Origin: a virus
Lineage: Duplodnaviria > Caudoviricetes
DNA: 64,000 nucleotides
Virus record (IMG/VR): IMGVR_UViG_3300048802_000015
Coordinates: 17,906 to 81,905 of that record
Reading direction: 5' to 3' (one strand)
Shown: in pieces, positions 28,746 to 37,494 of the stretch
Layout of the letters: each line of letters begins with the position of its first letter
How positions within the stretch are numbered: the stretch's first letter is position 1
Translations under genes and position numbers: made by a program
Notes under the pieces: generated by a model
What the model was told of the DNA's origin: nothing
The model's input: the letters and a program-made list of their open reading frames with translations, nothing else
Database searches by the model: none

Positions 28746-29186
28746 TTAGAAGGCCGGAATCCACTTATCGGTCTTCCACGAGAAGTTCATCGTGTCGAAG
28801 GCGTCGCGGCTCGGCGAATTGAAGTCGCCCAGGTTCTCGAACGTGAGGCCTGGGAACGTCACGCGGAAGAGCGCGCCGCTGGGAAACTCCAGCCGGATGC
28901 CCAGGTTGATCTGGGTATCGTTGGCGCCGGCCTGCCGTGCACGCAGGTAGACCGCGTTCTGAAGTTGGAAGGGCGTGAGGTTCTCCGGCACGATGTTGAA
29001 GCCGCCCGAGCATTCTTCAAAGACTTCCCGGTGCCGGTTCGCCTGCTCGCCGAGATAGCCTTCGGAGATGTTCTTCAGGCCTAGCTTGTAGGTGAAGTCC
29101 TTCACCGTGGTGATCTCGGACAGGAGCAGACCCCCGCTCGTGATGCGCAGGGTGGTTTCGCTACCAAGGATTCTGAAGTCGGCCAT
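28746..29186 (-). CDS. Tail tube protein
   Basis: 146 aa directly after sheath; EGYLGE..NRHREVFE. Confidence 0.8.
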   Translation of the reverse strand: MADFRILGSETTLRITSGGLLLSEITTVKDFTYKLGLKNISEGYLGEQANRHREVFEECSGGFNIVPENLTPFQLQNAVYLRARQAGANDTQINLGIRLEFPSGALFRVTFPGLTFENLGDFNSPSRDAFDTMNFSWKTDKWIPAF

Positions 29187-29195
29187 GACAGCTCC

Positions 29196-30983
29196 TTACG
29201 CAACCTGGGTGATGACGACGTTCGGACCGATGGCGGACTTGATGACGATGGTCTTCATCGAGCCGAGCATCTGGATCGAAACCTGGAAGAAGAAGATCCC
29301 CTGTGCGTTCAGCTTCTGGGTATTACCGGCCGCCGCGCCATCGAGAATCTGGTAGGCCACCGACCGCGGGGCGATACCGGGGCCGGGGTTGACGAGCTGG
29401 TCGCAGTAGGCCCGCATGTCCGAGACGAATGCGTCCTGCCTCTCGGTAGTGCCGGGTAGCTTGGCGTAGTTGACCGCCAGGCCCCCGATGACGTCCTGGA
29501 CCTCGTCGGCGAAGCTGCGGCGGTTGTCGTCGATGCGGCTGACGAACGTGGTCGTTGGGTCGGCCATCGTGAGGCCGCTGTAGAACCACCATCCGGCCAC
29601 GCGGTCTTTGACGAGCCACGAGATGCCGGCCGCCTTCGCGGTCACGAACTCGGACTCGACGAAGGGTGTGAGGGCGAACGCCGGCTCCTGGGCGTCGATG
29701 CTCTGGATGGAGTCGTTGAATGGACGCCCGACCGAGGTCAGGAACTCCGACCGTCCATCGTTGAAGAGGTTGACCTTCATGGCGGCGCGGAAGCCGCAGG
29801 AGCTGATGACGATGTCCTGGTTCAGCTCGGTCGAGAAGACCTGCTGATGCGGACCAGAAGCCCAGTAGCGATCGGCATCGGCGCCAGCGACAGAGTCACC
29901 TGAGCGCAGGCCCGTGTAGGCCGAGACCGCGGTCGACCGGTCGGTCAGGCTGGTGCTCTTGGCCGGTCCCACGGTCACGCAGGCCACGCGCCCGCGACCA
30001 ACGCCGCTCGACGTCTTGGCATTGGCCCAGAGGTTCGCGCGCATACTGGCCGGCGTGATGGTAGCCATCTTCCAGTTGCGGGCCGACCAGATGGCAAGAA
30101 TGTCGTTGGTCTCGTCCTTGCCAGGAACCATCGACGTGATGGCGGCGGCGTAGTTGGCGGCAATGCAGTCCGCGAGCGTGCCGGGCTGGGCCCCACCCGC
30201 GGCCGGGGCAAAGATCGCCGTGGCGGCGGCAGAGACGTTGATCGTCGATGGCGTTCCCGAGATGACCGTACCGGCGTTCACGCCAGGAAGCGCGGTATCG
30301 ATCAGGGTATCGATGCCCGCAATGGCGATCGTCTTGCCCTTCACGAAGAAGCAGGTGGCGCCCATGGTCGCGCCGCTCGCGACGTAGGTCAGAACGCCGG
30401 TGGCAGGATCCTGGGTGAAGTTGATGCCGATCGTGAGCGTACCGGTGCACGCAGTTCCGGACGGGATTCGGATGGCCTGCGAGGTCGCGATCACGACGGT
30501 TGCGGTCGAGAGCGCCTGGTCGGCGAACCTCGTACCCGCGGGAATGATGATGTCCTTGTTCGTTGCCGTGGTCGCGCCGTTGAGATCGGCCGCGTTCACG
30601 GTGATCGAGAACGAGACGAACGCCTTCACCTCGCTGGAATCCGCCACCACCATGTCGGTATCGACGCGGCGAATGACCAGGCCGCTGAAAGTCTTGCCCT
30701 TGAGCTCGGCCCAGCCATTGCCGTCGAATGCCACGCCCGCGCCGTTCTGGTCGTCGACCGCAGGATCGAAGCTGCCCTGACTGATCAGGGTGAACTTCGT
30801 CGGGTCGTTCATGTACAGGTTCTCGACGTCGCCCTCGCCGCACACCTTCGGGATGAACGGGCCCTGGACGAACTCACCGACCAGGCCAGCCTGGCCAGGT
30901 TGGGTCTGCGCCGGCACTGTCGCTCCCGTACTGTCGACGATGACGATACGTTCCAGCTCCAGCAGCTTCTGAATGCTGGGCAT
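29196..30983 (-). CDS. Tail sheath protein
   Basis: AGLVGEFVQGP N-terminus; C-terminal RRSFADEVQD..., FFFQVSIQMLGSMKTIVIKSAIG. Confidence 0.88.
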   Translation of the reverse strand: MPSIQKLLELERIVIVDSTGATVPAQTQPGQAGLVGEFVQGPFIPKVCGEGDVENLYMNDPTKFTLISQGSFDPAVDDQNGAGVAFDGNGWAELKGKTFSGLVIRRVDTDMVVADSSEVKAFVSFSITVNAADLNGATTATNKDIIIPAGTRFADQALSTATVVIATSQAIRIPSGTACTGTLTIGINFTQDPATGVLTYVASGATMGATCFFVKGKTIAIAGIDTLIDTALPGVNAGTVISGTPSTINVSAAATAIFAPAAGGAQPGTLADCIAANYAAAITSMVPGKDETNDILAIWSARNWKMATITPASMRANLWANAKTSSGVGRGRVACVTVGPAKSTSLTDRSTAVSAYTGLRSGDSVAGADADRYWASGPHQQVFSTELNQDIVISSCGFRAAMKVNLFNDGRSEFLTSVGRPFNDSIQSIDAQEPAFALTPFVESEFVTAKAAGISWLVKDRVAGWWFYSGLTMADPTTTFVSRIDDNRRSFADEVQDVIGGLAVNYAKLPGTTERQDAFVSDMRAYCDQLVNPGPGIAPRSVAYQILDGAAAGNTQKLNAQGIFFFQVSIQMLGSMKTIVIKSAIGPNVVITQVA

Positions 30984-31018
30984 GTCGGTTACTCGTAGAA
31001 AAAACATGGCATCTCCTT

Positions 31019-31681
31019 CTAGGGGGCGGTGAACGTCTCGGTCGTCGGAAGGCCAGTGCTATCCGTGAGGGTCTTGCTGATGGACAAGGCCATGGGCCAC
31101 ACGGGAACGACCTGCACTTTCGGCGCCGTTGCCGAAATCGTAAATGCCGCATCTCGTTTCTCGCGCATGGCCGTGTCCTCATTGTCTATCACGGATCCAC
31201 TCAGTAGGACAAACCTCCCGGTGAGTTGGTAGTATTCGGGCAGGTCGACGATGATGCCGTACCGCTGATCGGTGTCGTTTTGGAACGATTCCTCGATGGC
31301 CCGCATGAGCACGGGGCGCTCGGCTGGCAGGTTGGTCCGCAGGACAAGCTGGAACTCGCACATCAGTTCTGCCGTCTTCAGCAGGGCCCACCCGGGCATG
31401 CCCTTGGGCTCCCAGGTGTCCTCCAGCAGACGCGGCGTCATGTGGGCGTCGCCGTACTTGAACTCGCCTGGCAGCACGCAGGCGGCCGGCAATGCCTCGG
31501 AATCGTTGAAGCTCGGCCACTCCTCGAACACCTCGGCGAACTGCTGGGCCTGGCTGCCCGCGAACGTGAGCGCCTCGATGTGCCGGCGTAAAGCCATGGC
31601 CAAGGCGTTGCGCACATCCAGCGATGCCGTGCGGCTGAACTGCGCCAGCGGCATCTGCTGGGGGAGGTTCGGGAAGGTCAC
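31019..31681 (-). CDS. Tail terminator/completion protein
   Basis: Synteny before sheath; 220 aa. Confidence 0.6.
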   Translation of the reverse strand: MTFPNLPQQMPLAQFSRTASLDVRNALAMALRRHIEALTFAGSQAQQFAEVFEEWPSFNDSEALPAACVLPGEFKYGDAHMTPRLLEDTWEPKGMPGWALLKTAELMCEFQLVLRTNLPAERPVLMRAIEESFQNDTDQRYGIIVDLPEYYQLTGRFVLLSGSVIDNEDTAMREKRDAAFTISATAPKVQVVPVWPMALSISKTLTDSTGLPTTETFTAP

Positions 31682-32268
31682 GTCTGCGGCCCCCTGGCGA
31701 TCATGGCCTCAACGTCGTTACTGACCTGCATGGTCAAGATCGGCTTCGCCTGGGCCAGGATGTTCTTTGCCGGCAGACCGCGCCGCTTGATAGCTCGTGC
31801 GATCAGGAAGGCAATGGCGCGTGCTCGGCTATCCTGCGTCCAGCGAGTGCGGAAGCGAAATGCTGCCTTCTCTGCGCCCGCCGCGCGCATCTTTCTGCGG
31901 GCGCGTCGCTCGCGTGTGGACATGCCATCGCGGTCCATGCCGTGCAGGTGCACCCACCGGGCAATGGCTTCCTGACCCTCCTGCGATACACCCGTGCCGG
32001 GACGACGCCCCCTCTCGATGATTCCCGCCTGCTTGGTCGGGTTATAGAGAAAGACTCCGTCGGTGATGTTGCGTACCTTCCACCCACGCCGATAGTCGCC
32101 GGTGTTGACCGGGGGGTGCGGACGCACGCCATCGATCACGGCCTGAATGATCGCGGGACCGTAGGTCTTCACGGACACACGCATGGTGTCCACGATCCCT
32201 GAGTGGTACTGGTGCACGACCTTCAGGGGCCACTTGCCGATGTCGGCCAGTTGGACGGTGGAGGCCAC
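31678..32268 (-). CDS. Neck/tail-completion protein (HK97 gp10-like)
   Basis: PPVNTGDYRRGW, QAGIIERGRRPG, IARAIKRRGLP. Confidence 0.75.
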   Translation of the reverse strand: MASTVQLADIGKWPLKVVHQYHSGIVDTMRVSVKTYGPAIIQAVIDGVRPHPPVNTGDYRRGWKVRNITDGVFLYNPTKQAGIIERGRRPGTGVSQEGQEAIARWVHLHGMDRDGMSTRERRARRKMRAAGAEKAAFRFRTRWTQDSRARAIAFLIARAIKRRGLPAKNILAQAKPILTMQVSNDVEAMIARGPQT

Positions 32269-32879
32269 TACGCTTGCCTCCGGTCGAAGGTCTGGTTGCG
32301 GCTGCGGTCGGTGTTCTGCTTGTTGAGCGGGATCCTCCACTGGCTGCCGCCGCGCATGAGCGTTGGAACCGCCGCGTGGACGTACCGCCGGGGAATAGTC
32401 TTGGGAAAGCCGGGACGGTTTTCTTGGACCTCCCAGAAGTATTCGCCGTTTCGCTTCCCCGTCCGGGTGATCGCCGGGTCAATCAGGTCGGGCGTCTTGC
32501 CCGTGAGGTCGTCCTCGCTGTACTTGGCGCTGATGCGGTCGACGACAATCCCACCCTCCTCGACTCGCCCAAAGGCGCTTAGGACTTCGGTGGTGGCGCT
32601 CATGTCTCGGATGCGCGGCGTGGGAAGGATCTCACGTCGGCTGACCTCGATCGGTTGGCCGTCTCCTACTTTGACGCCAGTCCAAAGTACGTGGACAATG
32701 AAGACCCGATAGGGGCGCAGGCCAAGAGCTGTTGGAATTTGCCGAATGCTGTCAACGATGGGCGAGAGACCGCTCATCAGGCTCTGCTTGACCTCATCCG
32801 GACGTAAAGGCCGCACCGACCCAGCGAGCTCGGGCAGCTCGGCCGCGAAGTCGTTCTGGTCAGTGCGGTCTCCGGCCAT
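32268..32879 (-). CDS. Head closure/head-tail joining protein
   Basis: Synteny; beta-rich 203 aa. Confidence 0.6.
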   Translation of the reverse strand: MAGDRTDQNDFAAELPELAGSVRPLRPDEVKQSLMSGLSPIVDSIRQIPTALGLRPYRVFIVHVLWTGVKVGDGQPIEVSRREILPTPRIRDMSATTEVLSAFGRVEEGGIVVDRISAKYSEDDLTGKTPDLIDPAITRTGKRNGEYFWEVQENRPGFPKTIPRRYVHAAVPTLMRGGSQWRIPLNKQNTDRSRNQTFDRRQA

Positions 32880-32894
32880 CGAAGGCCTCCGGGG

Positions 32895-33125
32895 TTAGGT
32901 CAGGCCGCCCATGGCGTCGTGCCAGGCGCCGTCGTCTCCGGCAATATTGAAGGCCTGGTCGTCGCTATTCCATATGCGGGTTCCCGGCAGGAACGTGTTG
33001 GCGGCGGGCCTGGTGGCATCGGTGCAGACCTGGCGGGATTCGATCGCGGGCGCGCCAACGGTCTCGGTCTGGCGGAAGTTCCCGTTGCCCAGGTCCTCCG
33101 TCATGATGTTCTTTGAGTCGGCCAT
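32895..33125 (-). CDS. Small virion protein
   Basis: TRP...FLPGTRIWNSD...WHDAMG, a short fibre-type motif. Confidence 0.55.
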   Translation of the reverse strand: MADSKNIMTEDLGNGNFRQTETVGAPAIESRQVCTDATRPAANTFLPGTRIWNSDDQAFNIAGDDGAWHDAMGGLT

Positions 33126-33161
33126 GATGAGTTCTCCTTGTGAGGCGAAGGGGACTCGCGC

Positions 33162-34013
33162 CTAGGCGAGCGTGTGGGTGTGGGCCGGCGAGGTCGGCGT
33201 CACGGTAAACGTATACCAAAAGGCGAAAGAGTGCGCGGCGTCCGCGGCGGTCGTTGGGGCGATGGTGAACGCCGTGGCGTCGACGGTTCCGACGGTCTCG
33301 TCCAGACCGTTCACCTGCTCCTTGTAGACTGCGAAGGCCGTGGCGGCCGGGCTCTTGTTCGTGGGGACGCCGAGGGCGGCACCGAGTCCGATCCCAACGG
33401 TGCCGGCGAAGCCGCTGCCACCGGTGATGGTCGCGCTCGTGAGCGTGGCGTATGCCTTGTCGGTCACGACGGTGCGGGTTCCGCCGCTGGTCGAGATGTC
33501 GATCGCCTGAGTCGCGGCGTTTCCGTTCTGGTCGACGCCTACGAGGGTCAGCGTTCCGGCCGTGCTACCGGTAACGATACGCACCTGGAGCTTGCGGGCC
33601 ACGTCGGGCTGGAGCGCCAGGGTAAGCGCCACGTTGGACGGTAGGACAGCGTTCACCACGCTAACAAGCTCGGCCAGCTTGGTGGTGGACGGGAACTCCA
33701 CCTTGCGCGCCTGCACTAACGCGCTGACGGTTGTGGTCGTGTTCTGCACCGTCACGCCGTTGACGTTCGCACCGACCGTAAGGGTGCCGACCGCGAACTC
33801 CGGAATGCCGTTGCTCCAGAAGTACGCCACGACGCCGGCCCGCTGGGTTTCGAGCGCCGTGTAGTCGCCCGCCACGAGCCCCTTGAGCTCGCTGGAGACG
33901 TTGACCGCCGGGCCGTAGGTGAGCGAACCCACCTTGGCGGGAGCCGTGACGGAGCGAGTGCCCTTCGCGAGCACGACATCGGTTCCGGTAAGATTGCAAA
34001 CAAGCAGCGGCAT
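33162..34013 (-). CDS. Virion structural protein (head decoration/fibre-like)
   Basis: Thr/Ala/Gly-rich beta protein in head-neck region. Confidence 0.6.
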   Translation of the reverse strand: MPLLVCNLTGTDVVLAKGTRSVTAPAKVGSLTYGPAVNVSSELKGLVAGDYTALETQRAGVVAYFWSNGIPEFAVGTLTVGANVNGVTVQNTTTTVSALVQARKVEFPSTTKLAELVSVVNAVLPSNVALTLALQPDVARKLQVRIVTGSTAGTLTLVGVDQNGNAATQAIDISTSGGTRTVVTDKAYATLTSATITGGSGFAGTVGIGLGAALGVPTNKSPAATAFAVYKEQVNGLDETVGTVDATAFTIAPTTAADAAHSFAFWYTFTVTPTSPAHTHTLA

Positions 34014-34026
34014 TGTGGGATCCTCC

Positions 34027-34440
34027 TCAGTGGAAAACGGGGATGTTCAGCGGCAGTCTGCCGCCCGATTGGAAAGCGGAAGCGTAGGCGTTAATGGGCG
34101 CCCCGAGATTGTCGTAGAGCTTCTGGACCCAGTAGCGGTACTCGCCACGAAGCTGGTCTGCCTCGTCCGGGTTCAGGTCAATCTCATCAACGGACTTGGC
34201 CACCATGCGGGTCTGGGACCCGAAGATGTTGGCCTCGGTAGCGTCGCACCTGGCGACCAAGGTCCGGATGATGGCGATGGCGCTCTCGGGGATGTGCTCC
34301 ATCGCCGACTCCACCAGAAACGCCGGCTGCGTGGCCGCAGGTACACCAAGAATGATCGCGCTGGCGGGGAAAATCTGCAAATAGCCGCCGTGATAGCGGA
34401 TCCGCGCCTTCTCCTCTTCTGTGAGAACCGCGTTCGCCAT
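34027..34440 (-). CDS. Head-tail adaptor
   Basis: LTEEEKARIRYHGGY...; QLRGEYRYWVQKLYDNLG. Confidence 0.7.
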   Translation of the reverse strand: MANAVLTEEEKARIRYHGGYLQIFPASAIILGVPAATQPAFLVESAMEHIPESAIAIIRTLVARCDATEANIFGSQTRMVAKSVDEIDLNPDEADQLRGEYRYWVQKLYDNLGAPINAYASAFQSGGRLPLNIPVFH

Positions 34441-34460
34441 CGTCTCCTAGGTCGTCGCGC

Positions 34461-34709
34461 TCAGGCGCCGACCTCCTCTAGCTTCACCCCCTGCGCTCGC
34501 AGGGCCTTGATATCGTACCCGTGGCTGGAGATCGTCTTGCCCTTGGGCAGCGTGTAGTTGGAACCACCGCGGGCAATCTGCGCCGTCTCCTGCACGAGGA
34601 ACTTCTGCTCCTTGTTCGGGTCGCGAGCTGCGGGCGCACTGTGCCCCTGCTCGTCGTTTCGCGGCTGCTGATTGTTGCCTTGGTTCCGGTTCTGCTGCTC
34701 GTTCGCCAT
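34461..34709 (-). CDS. Small head-associated protein
   Basis: AGGAG RBS; Gln/Asn-rich N-terminus, small C-terminal domain. Confidence 0.6.
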   Translation of the reverse strand: MANEQQNRNQGNNQQPRNDEQGHSAPAARDPNKEQKFLVQETAQIARGGSNYTLPKGKTISSHGYDIKALRAQGVKLEEVGA

Positions 34710-34741
34710 GACGTTCTCCTTCATTCCACGATGTGGAAAAG

Positions 34742-35065
34742 TAGACCAAAAGGGAGTCAGAGTGGGTCAGGACCAACGACCGAAGTCGAGGTCCTTACCA
34801 TAGCGCTGACGCGGCTAGGAGCGTACACCACAAGACTACCCTTTTGGCGTCGCAAACATGAGCGGGTAGGGCCGAAGCCCGCCGTCAACGTGAGCGACAA
34901 TGGCAGACCGAAGTCTGCCGCAAGGTCGGAACGAGTCCGACCAGTAATCGAAGGTCCGAAGACCGACGATATCAGTCCAACCGAAGTCGGACAGAACTTG
35001 CGCACGTGTTCCCGGCGTGAAGCGCCGAAAGCCTGGTGTCGATTGGGCGAGACCATTGTGCTGCT
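34742..35065 (-). ncRNA. Candidate structured ncRNA, element C (five cUUCGg hairpins)
   Basis: CTTCGG loops at 34986-34981, 34961-34956, 34913-34908, 34877-34872, 34785-34780, each capping a stem; long-range pairs ACAATGG/CCATTGT and CCAAAAGGG/CCCTTTTGG. Confidence 0.8.
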
Positions 35066-35069
35066 CTGT

Positions 35070-35099
35070 AGCCTATGCCCCGCTACAGGCCGCTGTCAA
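35070..35099 (-). promoter_or_regulatory. Putative sigma70 promoter for element C
   Basis: TTGACA (35099-35094)-N18-TAGGCT (35075-35070) in the 3' end of the HNH gene. Confidence 0.6.
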
Positions 35100-35915
35100 G
35101 TTCGACATAGCCACCTGCTCCGAAAGCCCACGAATGGCTACCGGGTCAAATACCCAGCGCGTACTACCGATCCTCTTGGCGTACTCGGCAAACTCTTCGA
35201 TGGTCCTGGACTTCTTGCTTGAGTTGCAACGTCGGCAGGCCGGGGCGAGGTTGTCTACCGTATCCACACCGCCCCGAATTTTGGGAGTAAGGTGCTCGAT
35301 TTCCAGCGTAATCGCATCTCCGGCGGATCCGCAGAAGACGCACTTCGACCCATAGGCCTCGACCAGTGTAAGCCATCCTCGAACCAGTACGGGAATCTCC
35401 TGTAATTCGCGTTCACCATAGACCCGCCGTCCCAATCGCAGCATCTCGCGGATCCGGTAGGTTACGCGCTTGCGGTCGCGACGCATGTACTCCCGATGCC
35501 GCTTCTTGGACTTCTCCGTAGCACGCCCGCGCTTACATGCCGCTCGATACTTCTCGGTCTTCTGGTAACGGTGCTGGGACTCAAGAAGACGGTCCGGATG
35601 TTCCGCTGCATAGCGTTTCCAGTGCGCCCGTGCCATTTCCTTTGCCTTCTCTGGGTTCTCTTTGGCCCATCTATCTAAACGAGCGCGCATCTTGCGCCGT
35701 CGTTCCGGGTTGGTCGCATAGTGCTTGTGGTCGGCGGCCTTCTTTTTCTCCGGGTTTTTCTTCTGCCATTCGACAGCAGCGATCTTCGCGCAGTCTTTAC
35801 AGTAGGCCGCCCATCCGTGCGCGTTCCTGCTCTTTGAACGGTAGAAGGACTCGCCGAGAACCTTTTCTATCTTGCAACGAGCGCACCGTCGTTTGTCCGT
35901 GGGCTCTAGATCCAT
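35073..35915 (-). CDS. HNH endonuclease (C-terminal McrA-type HNH, N-terminal CxxC Zn motifs)
   Basis: CARC..., YCKDC; long Arg/Lys-rich helical middle; CVFCG...LEIEHLTPKIRGGVDTVDNLAPACRRCNSSK. Confidence 0.88.
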   Translation of the reverse strand: MDLEPTDKRRCARCKIEKVLGESFYRSKSRNAHGWAAYCKDCAKIAAVEWQKKNPEKKKAADHKHYATNPERRRKMRARLDRWAKENPEKAKEMARAHWKRYAAEHPDRLLESQHRYQKTEKYRAACKRGRATEKSKKRHREYMRRDRKRVTYRIREMLRLGRRVYGERELQEIPVLVRGWLTLVEAYGSKCVFCGSAGDAITLEIEHLTPKIRGGVDTVDNLAPACRRCNSSKKSRTIEEFAEYAKRIGSTRWVFDPVAIRGLSEQVAMSNLTAACSGA

Positions 35916-35949
35916 GTGCATACAATAGCGCCTATAGCTGCCAACGAAC

Positions 35950-35977
35950 AAGAAAAAGCCCCGCCGAAACGGGGCCT
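35950..35977 (-). terminator. Intrinsic terminator after major capsid gene
   Basis: GCCCCGT-TTCG-GCGGGGC followed by TTTTTCTT on the minus strand. Confidence 0.85.
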
Positions 35978-36006
35978 TTCTTAATTCTTTGACGGGTTGC
36001 TATGCG

Positions 36007-37371
36007 CTATGCGCCATGGACGCACACGGAGCTTCTTTTGAAGGCCGCCGGGCTGCTCGTGGCGGTCGCATCGGTCGGGATCGCCCAGTCGCCGGACATC
36101 GACCAAGCGGCCGAGGTCGTCTGCTGGAGGCGGTCCAGAGGGGCGCGGAGGATGAGGCGGATCCGCTCGGTCATGATCTGCATGCCGCCGTTGACGACCG
36201 AGAACTCCCCGATCTTGCCTTGCACGCCAGCTTCCGAGATGTACTTCGACTCGTCGAGGAACTTCTCCTCGATGGCGCCCTGGCCAGTGACGATCGGGCG
36301 GTGCAGAACCACGCCCGCCGGGTTCGTGGTCTCGAACGCCGTGGTGAAGCCGTCCAGCGGGTCTTCGATCACCGTCGCGACCGTGGGGCACTCGCTGTTG
36401 CGGTAGAAGGTCGCGCCCAGCAAGAACGCGATGGCGAACTTGCGGTAGTGGATGTAGTCGGGCATCGACTGGTTGAGCCGCTGGAACTCGTTGTCACCGA
36501 AGATCTGCGACTGCGAGATCGGGTCGAGGTGATAGTGGTACGTCCCGTCCTCGTGGGTCGGCACGTTGTCGAATTGGAGCTGGGCGAGCTGGGCCCGGAT
36601 GTCGGCCATCCGGAACTGATCGGTCGAGGCCACGTCGTCGACGCGGGTGCCGCCGCCCGAGTAGAGGATCTGCGAGCGGTTGACAGCCAGCACCGCCTGC
36701 CGGTCCAGGGTCGTCACGTTCGCGGTGAGGGTCAGGGTGCCGCTGTGGATCTCGTCGCCTGCGATGTCAGAGGTGAAGCCCGTGCAGGTGTACGCCACAC
36801 CGTTGACCGTGATGGCGAGCGGGTTGGAAGCGCTGACGATGGTCGGCCGCCCGTTGAACAGCTTGCGAGTGAAGCCCGCAAGGTTCTTGACCGGCATTGC
36901 CGTTCCGGGACCGTAGGCGCCGTTGGCGACCGTGTTCCCCGCGACGTAGCAGTTGTAGAGCTTGTCGCGCACGGTGCGGTTGATCGACTGGCCCGCGTGC
37001 ACGCCGAGCTGGTGCATGTTGCGCAGGTACTGCGAGGCCAGCGTCACGTAGCTGGTGGGCATGTGGGTATCGATCGCGCGGCCAAACTGCTGCGCCGTCG
37101 CTTCCCACTGTTCGATCGGGTACTGCACCGTGGGCACTTCCTTGCTCGGGTCGAGCGGCCTCGTGGAAGGTTGGATCAGCCCCGCACGGGTGAACGTCTG
37201 GTTCGCGCCCAAGTTCACCGGCCAGAGCTCCGCCACGGCTTCGAGCCGGAAGAGCAGGCGCGGGAACAGAGGGTCGCGGAAAGTCCGTTGCAGCGTTCGG
37301 TCCTGGATGGCCGAGACGACGCCAGCGTTGAAACTGGTGTTGACGATTGAACCGTCGGGGAAGTTTGCCAT
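36007..37371 (-). CDS. Major capsid protein
   Basis: 454 aa after scaffold; AGGAG RBS; QWEATAQQFGRAI, GVHAGQSINRTVRD; followed by terminator. Confidence 0.88.
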   Translation of the reverse strand: MANFPDGSIVNTSFNAGVVSAIQDRTLQRTFRDPLFPRLLFRLEAVAELWPVNLGANQTFTRAGLIQPSTRPLDPSKEVPTVQYPIEQWEATAQQFGRAIDTHMPTSYVTLASQYLRNMHQLGVHAGQSINRTVRDKLYNCYVAGNTVANGAYGPGTAMPVKNLAGFTRKLFNGRPTIVSASNPLAITVNGVAYTCTGFTSDIAGDEIHSGTLTLTANVTTLDRQAVLAVNRSQILYSGGGTRVDDVASTDQFRMADIRAQLAQLQFDNVPTHEDGTYHYHLDPISQSQIFGDNEFQRLNQSMPDYIHYRKFAIAFLLGATFYRNSECPTVATVIEDPLDGFTTAFETTNPAGVVLHRPIVTGQGAIEEKFLDESKYISEAGVQGKIGEFSVVNGGMQIMTERIRLILRAPLDRLQQTTSAAWSMSGDWAIPTDATATSSPAAFKRSSVCVHGA

Positions 37372-37388
37372 GGGTCAACTCCTATTAC

Positions 37389-37468
37389 GTTGGGGCGAGC
37401 GCACGATCAAAGGGATCTCACGAATCGACGCATCCGTCAACTGGACCCCTCGGCGCGCTCGTTCCAAC
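37389..37468 (-). promoter_or_regulatory. Structured leader upstream of the capsid RBS
   Basis: Nested stems GTTGG/CCAAC, CGAGCGC/GCGCTCG, AGGGGTC/GATCCCT, TTGACG/CGTCGA. Confidence 0.5.
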
Positions 37469-37494
37469 CGGGGGATCAAATCCGAAACCTTTCG

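Noticed and set aside
34742-35065. Group I or group II intron interpretation of elements A, B and C
   Set aside because: No domain V (GAGCCG...) and no correctly ordered P3/P4/P6/P7 core; the flanking genes are uninterrupted
35989-37350. Long plus-strand ORFs (also 3582-4517, 16623-17837, 25564-26586, 13512-14459, 61040-62026)
   Set aside because: Antisense shadows of well-supported minus-strand genes; typical of high-GC codon bias, no motifs
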